DNA of 64,000 bases from Eledone cirrhosa (Eukaryota): NCBI GenBank assembly GCA_964016885.1, contig OZ024743.1, positions 369,272,001 through 369,336,000 of the forward strand, given 5' to 3'. Under the pieces are notes generated by a model. That model saw only the letters and a program-made list of their open reading frames with translations, ran no database searches and was not told the origin of the DNA. Numbering within the stretch: the stretch's first letter is position 1; each line of letters begins with the position of its first letter. Of this stretch, positions 13,238 through 23,577 are shown piece by piece. The translations under genes were made by a program, and so were the position numbers.

Positions 13238-15305
13238 TTCGAAGCTGAACAGTGGAAGATCTCCAGGTATGGATGGCATACATGCTGAGCTCCTACAATA
13301 TGGTGGTGAGAGACTCCTGCAACATCTTCACTCTTTGTTTGGCAGGATATGGGCTAATGAATCCGTACCTGAGGACTGGAGAGATGCAGTAATGGTGGTC
13401 TTGTACAAGTGAAAGGGTAACAGGAACGATTGTGGGAACTACAGAGGTATATCATTGCTTTCTGTCGTAGGGAAAGTTTTATGTAGGGTGCTTCTGGACC
13501 GTCTGCTGACACACATTGCAGATTGTGTTCTTCCTGAAAGTCAATCTGGTTTTCGTGCTGGACGCGGCACTACTGATATGATCTTCTCAGCTAGACAGCT
13601 CCAGGAGAAGTGCATGGAACAAGGCTTGGATCTGTATCAGGTTTTTGTCGATCTGACAAAAGCTTTCGATACTGTTAACAGAGATGCATTATGGAAGGTT
13701 CTCCAGAAACTTGGTTGCCCTGATAAGTTCCTTGCTTTAGTTAGGTCTTTCCATGACGACATGAAGGCTTGGGTTAATGTCGGGGGTAACATGTCGGAGC
13801 CTATCTCAGTAAAAAATGGAGTGAAACAGGGGGATATTCCAGCACCGACCCTGTTTGCCATATACTTTGCAATAGTTTTCTGTATTGCATTCAGGAATTG
13901 CGAGCATGGTGTTTACATCCGATATCGAACCTCAGGCAGCATATTTAACATCAGGCGCTTTGCTGCGAAGACAAAAGTATTTACATCAATCATAAGAGAC
14001 CTCTTGTATGCAGATGATTGCGATCTTGTAGCGCACACAGAGAGTGATATGCAGCACATTTTGAATGCATTTTCTGACGCTTGCACTGCCCTAGGTCTGA
14101 CTGTCAGTCTCAAGAAAACCGTCGTCATGTACCAACCTGCCCCTGGTAAGCAGTACACTGAACCAAACATCTATGTGTATGGCAAACGACTTGGAGTGGT
14201 TGATCAGTTTGTCTACCTGGGAAGTACTGTCAATCGATACAGCAACCTTGACAGTGAAATCTCACTTAGGATTAGGAAAGCAAGTGATGCTTTCGGAAAG
14301 CTAGAAAGGCGCTTCTGGGGTCGGCGAGACATATGCAGGAGGACAAAGGTAAAGGTGTATAGGGCATGTGTGCTCTCTTTTCTTCTTTATGCCTGCGAGA
14401 CCTGGGTCACATATCGACGCCACCTTAAGCAATTGGAGCGTTTCCATCAGATGTGTCTCAGACGGATCCATGGCGTTCACTGAAGGGACCACATCAGTGA
14501 TGTCGAGATTTTGGAAAGCTCTATGTGTGACAGTGTAGAAGCTCTTGTGCTTAAGCAACGACTCCGTTGGAGTGGTCACCTTGCCTGGATGAAGGATTCT
14601 AGAATACCAAAACAACTCTTTTATGGAGAGTTGGTTAAAGGAAAACGACCGCCACATAAACCAAAAAAGAGGTATAAGGATTCCTTGAAAGCCTCTCTGA
14701 AAGACGCTAACATCTCTGCTGATACATGGGAGAATGTTGCTGCTGATCGTAATAAATGGAGAAAGACTGTATATGAGGGAAAAGTTGCCTTTGAGGCATC
14801 TCGAATCGCATACGAGAAAGTAAAGCGGGATGTGAGGAAGGGCATTGCTGTTGCACTTCCAGACGGCGAGGGTCCTCCTATGGTGCTGACATGCAGCGTA
14901 TGTGCGAGACTCTACCTAAGCAAAGCTGGACTCGAAAGTCATCTTCGCAGTCATAAAGTAAGACCAGTGGTTGACTACCAGGCTGCTGTTGGAGATGCTA
15001 CTCATCATGCTTGCCAAACATGTGGTAGAGAATGTAAATCAGCAGGAGGGCTCAAGCGACATGCAAAAGTACACAAATTCCAACCACAGCCGACTATTCC
15101 CAGTAAATGTTTTGGTTGCCGACTCTGTGCAAGACATTTTAGATCATTGGCTGGGCTAAAAAGCCACATTCGATCGCAGCGCTGTTAGTTGCTATCGTGT
15201 GTGTGTGTGTGTAGATATGCTTTTGTGTGTGCGTGTGTGTGTATATATATGTATATTATTATTATTGTTGTTATTAATGTATGTGTGTGTGTGTATATAT
15301 GTATG

Positions 15306-15344
<39 letters not shown>

Positions 15345-15392
15345 TCTTTCTCGTGCAATGGCCATACTCGATAACGAGGGGGCAGCCATCAT
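13238..15392 (+). mobile_element. 5'-truncated RTE (BovB-like) LINE: RT plus three C-terminal C2H2 zinc fingers; one reading frame with two TGA stops
   Basis: SPGMDGIHAE, LPESQSGFR, FVDLTKAFDTV, GVKQGD, LLYADDC, LRWSGH; CSVC..HLRSH, CQTC..HAKVH, CRLC..HIRSQ. ORFs 13071, 13455 and 14511 are in the same frame. Confidence 0.96.
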
Positions 15393-15423
15393 GTATATAT
15401 ATATATGTATGTATATATATATG

Positions 15424-15493
<70 letters not shown>

Positions 15494-15651
15494 TATATAT
15501 GTGTATGTATATGTATGTGTGTGTATATGTATGTATATGTATGTGTGTATATGTATATATATATATATGTGTATATGTGTATATATGTATATATATGTGT
15601 ATATATATATATATGTGTATATATATATATGTATATATATATATATGTGTG

Positions 15652-15682
<31 letters not shown>

Positions 15683-15805
15683 ATGTGTATATGTATATTA
15701 TGTGTATATATATGTGTGTATGTGTATGTATATATGTGTATATATATGTATATATATATATATATATATGTGTATATATATATGTATATATATATATGTA
15801 TATAT
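15393..15805. repeat. (TA/TG)n microsatellite
   Basis: Read directly. Confidence 0.97.
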
Positions 15806-16429
15806 GAGAGTATTGAAGTTTGCTTGAAGCATTGTGGAGCAATAAGTAAATATCTTTAAGTCGTTTGGAAGCCTCGACAATGCAGGTGGGTGAATCTCCG
15901 GGTGGCAGGGTCCGGTGGTGGAGAGGGAGATGTGGGTGGGTGTACGTTGAGATGCGTGGTGTGTGTGGGATGTGTGAGATGTGTGGAATGGAGGGAGGAG
16001 TGGTGGGATAGAGGTGGAAATAGCAACACAGGAGGGAGTTGCCTGGGGAGAAATTTGATGGTCCCTATATGTTTCGGATTCGCATCCATCGGCTGGGGTT
16101 TTTTTCCGGGGTGGGGGAAAAGGTCTGTCGGACAAGTCCGGAAGGCGTCTTTCGCTGTTTGTGATTTTTCCCTCACCCCGGAAAAAAGGGCCCCAGTTGA
16201 TGGATGTGGGTCCGAGGTATATAGGGACTGTTGGGTCTCTCCCAGGGTGGCTCTCTCTTGTGTTGTTGTTTTTATTTTTGTCCTTTTGCTCTTCCCTCCA
16301 TTCTGCACATCTCGCACGTCTTGTACGCGCCACGCATCTCAGCGTGCACCCACTTGCATCTCTTTCTCCACCGCCGGACCTTGTTGCCCGGAGATTTGTC
16401 CATTTGCATTGTCGAGGCTTCCAAACGAC
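15806..16429 (+). mobile_element. Fold-back PLE-pLTR-like insert whose arms differ almost only by G.U pairs (candidate A-to-I hyper-edited retrocopy)
   Basis: 15860-16098 aligns ungapped to rc of 16191-16429: about 60 G.U-type differences and 3 others in 239 nt. Hammerhead-like motif at 16191-16227 after A-restoration. Flanked by TA repeats. Confidence 0.85.
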
Positions 16430-16542
16430 ATATATGTATATATATATATATGTATATATGTATGTATATATATATATATATGTATATATGTATATGTATA
16501 TGTGTATGTATATATATATATATGTATATGTATATGTATATG

Positions 16543-16573
<31 letters not shown>

Positions 16574-16682
16574 GTATATATGTGTATGTATATATGTGTA
16601 TGTATATATATGTGTATGTATATATATGTGTATGTATGTATATGTATGTATGTATGTATGTATGTATATATATGTATGTATG

Positions 16683-16715
<33 letters not shown>

Positions 16716-16775
16716 GTATATATATATGTATGTATGTATATATATATATATGTATGTATATATATATATGTATGT
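16430..16775. repeat. (TA/TATG)n microsatellite
   Basis: Read directly. Confidence 0.97.
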
Positions 16776-19116
16776 CATCATCATCATCATCATCAGGTTT
16801 AGCGTCCGTGTTCCACGCTTGCATGGGTTTGGACGGGGGTTTTCCCACTTGAGGCAAGAGTGGTTGTCTTGCTCGCATAGGACTGTCTGGCGGGTTTTCT
16901 ACAGTTGGATGCCCTTCCTAACACCAACCACATTTACAGTGTGGGGCTGGGAGGTTTTTACCGTGTTGCCTACACGGCCACATTACAGCGTGGACTGTCT
17001 GGCGGGTTTTCTACAGCTGGATGCCCTTCCTAACACCAACCACATTTACAGTGTGGGGCTGGGAGGTTTTTACCGTGTTGCCTACACGGCCACATTTACA
17101 GCGTGGACTGTGTGTTTTTTTGTCGTGACACCTACACGATCTCATTTGTTTCGGCCTGGATGTTGTGGGACCAACATAACTTTACATTGAAAGGGGCGGT
17201 GTGGATGGGGTGGAGGTGGTGGGACGGGGGTGTGTTTTGATAGAGATGCCTACTGACTGTAGTAGGTTTTTTTTACTTTGTATTTAGGTAAGGCGGGTCT
17301 TCTCTATTACTGAGTACTGCCAAAGGTCTCGGTCCAGTGACATTGTCTTGGAGAGGTGTAAGCGTGTGAGGTCGGAATTTATCAGCTCGTCCCATGTTTT
17401 TCTGGGTCTGCCTACTCCGTGGTTACCGTCTATCTTTATTGCCCTGCACTTTGTTATACAGCTGTCGTCTTTCATGCGCATCACGTGACCGTACCAACGT
17501 AGCCTTCTCTCGAGTAAACAACATCTGATCCCTCTTATTTCTAATTTTTTCCTTAGTTCGTTTATGCTTTGCCGTTCACGTATATTACTATTGCACATCC
17601 AGCGGAGCATGCAAGCTTCGTTCCTCTCTAGTCTGCGTATATCCTCTGCACACAATGCCCAGGTCTCACTGCCATGCAGCATTGCTGTTCGTATGCAGGC
17701 ATCGTATAACCTGCCTTTCATTTTTAGGGAGAACCCTCTAGCAGCTAATAGTGGTATAAGCTCTCTGAACTTTTTCCATCCAGTTTTGACTCTAGCTACT
17801 GTACTTTCAGAGCACCCTCCCCCACTGCTGATTTTGTCACCCAGGTAACGGAAGCTGTCCACTATTTCTATAGAACCCTCTGCGCAGTTGAAGGAGCTAG
17901 TATTTTGTGGGCACTTGCTGCTACTTATTGCACCAGAGCACCGGCCACATGTAAAATCTATGTTCTTAGTTAGCTTACCTGTGATCCCACTACATCTTTT
18001 ATGCACCCATACTTTGCATTTGGGACATAAGATGGAGTTTCTACCTACGCCTTTCCTACACACTGAGCATGGCCATTTCCCAGAAGGGACCGCTGCCTTA
18101 TTTTCTTTCCTACAAACTAGAACTTTAGTCTTAGCCAGCTTAATTTTAAGGCCTTTTGATTCTAGGCCGTGCTTACATGTTTGGAATTTCTTCTCTAGTT
18201 CGGTCATTGATTCAGCTATGAGCGTTAGATCATCTGCGTATAGGAGTTCCCATGGGCAGCCGGTCTTGAACTCCTCTGTTATAGCCTGAAGGGCAATAAT
18301 AAATAGTAGGGGGCTAAGAACAGAGCCCTGATGGACACCAACTTTTACGCTAAACTCTTCACTATATTCGTTGTTAATTCTAACCTTACTGACTGTTTCT
18401 TTATACATGGCTTGTATAGCTCTCACAAGCCATTCGTCAACACCTAGTTTTCTAAGAGACCACCAGATAATGGAACGGGGGACTCTGTCGAAGGCTTTCT
18501 CCAAGTCGAAGAAAGCTAAGTAGAGGGGTTTACTTTTAGCTAGGTACTTCTCCTGTAGTTGTCGTACAATGAAAAGAGCATCTGTGGTACTTTTGCCTGA
18601 CACAAACCCGAACTGCATTTCATCTAGATCAATTCTCTCTCTGATTAGTTGCGCTATTACTTTTTCCGTGACCTTCATGACCTGGTCGATTAATTTAATG
18701 CCTCTATAGTTACTCCTATCTAGGGCATCTCCTTTTCCCTTATAGCAGTTAACGATGATGCTGCTACGCCAGTCCTTCGGAACAACCCCATTCTGTACGA
18801 CTTGGTTAACTATCCGGGTGACCATGGTGTGTCCCACCGAACCAGATGCCTTCAGCATCTCAGCAACTATTTCCGAAGGACCAGCCGCCTTACCCGTCTT
18901 CATATCTTTGATTGCCTTGCTTATTGTACTACTCTGGACTAACACTGCTGGTCCCTCTATTGGGTCGATGTGGGGGAGACTGTCTTTCTCCCATTTGTTC
19001 TCCTCATTTAGAAGCCTTTCGTAGTGACACTTCCAAGCTACCTTCTTATCAGCGTCGGTGATGGCAAGTATGCCATCATCGTTAAGTACACACTTCTACC
19101 CGACAATATCACGGTT
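16776..19116 (-). mobile_element. Young 5'-truncated RTE LINE with PHD-finger insertion, 3' UTR and (GAT)n tail
   Basis: Open frame 17284-18945 extends upstream to about 19095 (AWKCHYERLLNEE). 3' UTR at 16776-17283. 5' junction runs into (TA)n. Confidence 0.95.
17284..18945 (-). CDS. RTE ORF2 fragment: reverse transcriptase with inserted C4HC3 PHD finger (N-terminal APE missing)
   Basis: KAAGPSEI, MQFGFVSGKST, FFDLEKAFDRV, GVHQGSVLSPLLF, LYADDL, CSVC-x10-CPKC-x4-H-x2-C-x14-CGRC, FRYLG, LRWYGH, GRPRKTW; 553 codons uninterrupted. Confidence 0.9.
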   Translation of the reverse strand: MLVQSSTISKAIKDMKTGKAAGPSEIVAEMLKASGSVGHTMVTRIVNQVVQNGVVPKDWRSSIIVNCYKGKGDALDRSNYRGIKLIDQVMKVTEKVIAQLIRERIDLDEMQFGFVSGKSTTDALFIVRQLQEKYLAKSKPLYLAFFDLEKAFDRVPRSIIWWSLRKLGVDEWLVRAIQAMYKETVSKVRINNEYSEEFSVKVGVHQGSVLSPLLFIIALQAITEEFKTGCPWELLYADDLTLIAESMTELEKKFQTCKHGLESKGLKIKLAKTKVLVCRKENKAAVPSGKWPCSVCRKGVGRNSILCPKCKVWVHKRCSGITGKLTKNIDFTCGRCSGAISSSKCPQNTSSFNCAEGSIEIVDSFRYLGDKISSGGGCSESTVARVKTGWKKFRELIPLLAARGFSLKMKGRLYDACIRTAMLHGSETWALCAEDIRRLERNEACMLRWMCNSNIRERQSINELRKKLEIRGIRCCLLERRLRWYGHVMRMKDDSCITKCRAIKIDGNHGVGRPRKTWDELINSDLTRLHLSKTMSLDRDLWQYSVIEKTRLT

Positions 19117-19288
19117 ATATACATATATACATATATATATGTATATATATATATGTATATATATATATAAACGGAAAAAATGAAACGATATACGTGTATA
19201 TATATATGTGTGCATGTATATATATATATATATATATATACATACTACTGTACGTCGGTATACATATATGTATGTACGTGTACATACT

Positions 19289-19323
<35 letters not shown>

Positions 19324-19434
19324 GTATATATATGTATATATATATGTATATATATGTATATATATATATGTATATATATGTATATATATATATATGTATA
19401 TATATGTATATATATATATATGTATATATATGTG

Positions 19435-19511
<77 letters not shown>

Positions 19512-19512
19512 G

Positions 19513-19543
<31 letters not shown>

Positions 19544-19566
19544 GTATATATATGTATCTGTATATA

Positions 19567-19607
<41 letters not shown>

Positions 19608-19616
19608 CTGTATATA

Positions 19617-19657
<41 letters not shown>

Positions 19658-19748
19658 GTATATATATATGTATATATATGTATCTATATATATATATGTA
19701 TATATATGTATCTATATATGTATATATATGTATATATATATATGTATA

Positions 19749-19817
<69 letters not shown>

Positions 19818-19918
19818 GTATATATATATATTTATATATATGTATATATATGTATATATATGTATATATATATATATATGTATATATATGTATATGTATA
19901 TGTATATATATATATATG

Positions 19919-19949
<31 letters not shown>

Positions 19950-19964
19950 GTATATATTTATATG

Positions 19965-19997
<33 letters not shown>

Positions 19998-20138
19998 GTA
20001 TATATATGTATATATATATATATGTATATATATGTATATATGTATATATATATGTATATATATATGTATATATATATATATGTATATATATGTATATATG
20101 TATATATATATGTATATATATATGTATATATATATATG

Positions 20139-20191
<53 letters not shown>

Positions 20192-20320
20192 GTATATATA
20201 TATATGTATATATATGTATATGAATATATATGTATATATATGTATATATATATATGTATATATATGTATATATATATATGTATATATATATATGTATGTA
20301 TATATATGTATATATATATG

Positions 20321-20371
<51 letters not shown>

Positions 20372-20524
20372 GTATATATATGTATATATGTATATATATG
20401 TATATATGTATATATATGTATATATATATATATGTATATATATGTATATATATATATATGTATATATATGTATATATGTATATATATGTATATATATATA
20501 TATATGTATATATATGTATATATG

Positions 20525-20593
<69 letters not shown>

Positions 20594-20740
20594 GTATATA
20601 TATGTATATATATATATATATGTATATATATGTATATATGTATATATATGTATATATATATGTATATATATGTATATGTATATATATATATGTATATATA
20701 TATGTATATATATATATGTATGTATATATGTATATATATG

Positions 20741-20772
<32 letters not shown>

Positions 20773-20778
20773 TGTATG

Positions 20779-20810
<32 letters not shown>

Positions 20811-20822
20811 TGTATATATATG

Positions 20823-20871
<49 letters not shown>

Positions 20872-20922
20872 GTATATATATGTATATATATATATGTATA
20901 TATATATATATGTATATATATG

Positions 20923-20971
<49 letters not shown>

Positions 20972-20982
20972 GTATATATATG

Positions 20983-21029
<47 letters not shown>

Positions 21030-21104
21030 GTATATATATGTATATATATATATATATGTATATATATGTATATATATATATATGTATATATATGTATATA
21101 TATG

Positions 21105-21137
<33 letters not shown>

Positions 21138-21170
21138 GTATATATGTATATATATATATATGTATATATG

Positions 21171-21201
<31 letters not shown>

Positions 21202-21210
21202 GTATATATG

Positions 21211-21257
<47 letters not shown>

Positions 21258-21274
21258 GTATATGTATATATATG

Positions 21275-21305
<31 letters not shown>

Positions 21306-21316
21306 GTATATGTATA

Positions 21317-21357
<41 letters not shown>

Positions 21358-21490
21358 GTATATATATATATATGTATATATGTATATATATGTATATATG
21401 TATATATATGTATATATGTATATATATGTATATATGTATATATATGTATATATATATATATATGTATATATGTATATATGTATATATATG

Positions 21491-21526
<36 letters not shown>

Positions 21527-21527
21527 T
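19117..21527. repeat. About 2.4-kb (TA)n(TG) microsatellite, containing a fragment of the 422-bp hammerhead element at about 19149-19290
   Basis: Read directly; 19149-19290 matches AACGGAAAAAATGAAACGATA and ACTACTGTACGTCGGTATAC of the 21.8-22.8 kb unit. Confidence 0.97.
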
Positions 21528-21800
21528 CATCATCATCATCATCATCAGCGTTTAACGTCCGTGTTCCACGCTTGCATGGGTTTGGACGGGGGTAGTCCCA
21601 CTTGAGGCAAGAGTGATTGTCTTGCTCGCATAGGACTGTCTGGCAGGTTTTCTACAGTTGGATGCCCTTCCTAACACCAACCACATTTACAGTGTGGGTC
21701 TGGGAGGTTTTTACCGTGTTGCCTACACGGCCACATTACAGCGTGGACTGTGTGTTTTTTTGTCGTGACACCTACACGATCTCATTTGTTTCGGCCTCGA
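21528..21800 (-). mobile_element. 3' UTR fragment of the RTE-PHD family
   Basis: Near-identical inverted copy of about 23935-24190. Confidence 0.88.
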
Positions 21801-21989
21801 TGGCCGATGTATATATATATGTATGTACACGTACATACATATATGTATACCGACGTACAGTAGTATGTATATATATATATACATACATGCACGTATGGAT
21901 TCACCGAACATTTATTATAATGCTCGGTGTGTTTGTAAACAAACATCCCGTATTAAGCCGTAGTGTCTAGCAACCACCGTTGCTCGTTT

Positions 21990-22076
21990 GTTCAACACTG
22001 ACAAAGGAACGCTGTACTAGTTTCAAGCTTGTTAGCTATCGTCAGTAACGTATACCTTCCTGCCAGATTGTTGAAC
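21990..22076 (-). ncRNA. Type I hammerhead ribozyme (inverted copy; stem I closing pair mutated)
   Basis: rc of 22475-22561 except CGTTA instead of CGTTG before CTGACGA. Confidence 0.75.
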
Positions 22077-22474
22077 GTATATACTTACCTTATGCATATT
22101 AACGGCTGAGTAGCCCAATTTGCATATCGAGTGGGTTAATCGGCCGGGTGCACCGAAAACGATAAACGGAAAAAATGAAACGATATTTCATTTCCCACTC
22201 TTAGTACGGCTGTTACTTAAATATATAAATCCATACGTGCATATATATATGTGTGCATGTATGTATATATATATATACATACTACTGTACGTCGGTATAC
22301 ATATATGTATGTACGTGTACATACTTATATTTAAGTAACAGCCGTACTAAGAGTGGGAAATGAAATATCGTTTCATTTTTTCCGTTTATCGTTTTCGGTG
22401 CACCCGGCCGATTAACCCACTCGATATGCAAATTGGGCTACTCAGCCGTTAATATGCATAAGGTAAGTATATAC

Positions 22475-22561
22475 GTTCAACAATCTGGCAGGAAGGTATA
22501 CGTTGCTGACGATAGCTAACAAGCTTGAAACTAGTACAGCGTTCCTTTGTCAGTGTTGAAC
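22475..22561 (+). ncRNA. Type I hammerhead ribozyme with extended bulged stem I
   Basis: GTTCAACA-AT-CTGGCA-GGAA-GGTATA-CGTTG / CTGACGA / T-AGCT-AACA-AGCT-T / GAA / ACTAGT / A / CAGCG-TTCC-TT-TGTCAG-TGTTGAAC. Intact core, palindromic stem III, GUA cleavage triplet (after 22536). Confidence 0.88.
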
Positions 22562-23046
22562 AAACGAGCAACGGTGGTTGCTAGACACTACGGCTTAATA
22601 CGGGATGTTTGTTTACAAACACACCGAGCATTATAATAAATGTTAGGTGAATCCATACGTGCATATATATATGTGTGCATGTATGTATATATATATATAC
22701 ATACTACTGTACGTCGGTATACATATATGTATGTACGTGTACATACTTATATTTAAGTAACAGCCGTACTAAGAGTGGGAAATGAAATATCGTTTCATTT
22801 TTTCCGTTTATATATATATGTATATATATGTATATATATATATGTATATATATGTATATATGTATATATATGTATATATATGTATATATATATATATGTA
22901 TATATATATGTATATATATGTATATATATATATGTATATATATGTATATATATATATGTATATATATGTATATATATATATGTATATATATGTATATATG
23001 TATATATATGTATATATATATATATATGTATATGTATATATATATG

Positions 23047-23081
<35 letters not shown>

Positions 23082-23094
23082 GTATATATATATG

Positions 23095-23128
<34 letters not shown>

Positions 23129-23270
23129 TATATGTATATGTATATATATATGTATATGTATATATATATGTATATATATATATATATGTATATATATATA
23201 ACACATATCATGATATGTTGATTTAAAACTGCACTATCCACAAGTGTTTTTTAGCCTTCATATCATGTCC

Positions 23271-23350
23271 TCCTGTTTTATCTGATGAAAACACAAATAT
23301 TATTGCATGATGATGTTTGTTTTTGAAATGCGCATAATAAAATACATGGA
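23271..23350 (+). ncRNA. Type I hammerhead ribozyme in a solo pLTR-like island (about 23200-23470) between TA repeats
   Basis: TTTTAT / CTGATGA / stem II ACAAATATTATT..GATGATGTTTGT / GAA / ATGCGCAT / A / ATAAAA; AUA triplet. Confidence 0.8.
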
Positions 23351-23470
23351 ACTCCTTTAACCATCTTCTGTTCTTATATATTATGTATACTCCAGTCCTA
23401 CAAACTGTAGAGTGCTTCTTATCCGATATCTGCATTGCTTTATTGTACTACAATAAAACTCACCTCCTAC

Positions 23471-23504
<34 letters not shown>

Positions 23505-23577
23505 ATGTATATGTATATATATATATGTATATATATATATGTATATATATATATGTATATATATATATGTATATAAT

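Larger units (their letters stand above)
21821..22810. mobile_element. Retrozyme/PLE-pLTR-like element: 422-bp unit as an inverted copy followed by about 1.4 direct copies, carrying hammerhead ribozymes
   Basis: Direct period 422 (22229 to 22651). About 21890-22224 is rc of about 22327-22660 with 2 mismatches. CpG-rich and non-coding. Confidence 0.85.

Noticed and set aside
14890-15188. Host C2H2 zinc-finger gene exon
   Set aside because: In frame with the RTE RT and followed by the RTE 3' terminus; lacks TGEKPY linkers.
15698-16852. ORFs over the GC-rich 15.9-16.4 kb segment
   Set aside because: No recognisable domain; openness follows from loss of TA-containing stops by A>G change and run-on into microsatellite.
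19180-21605. Long Y/I/M/C-rich ORFs (up to 803 aa), and similar ones at 11.8, 15.2, 16.2, 22.7 and 24.2 kb
   Set aside because: Translations of (TA/TG)n tracts that simply lack stop codons; open in several frames on both strands.
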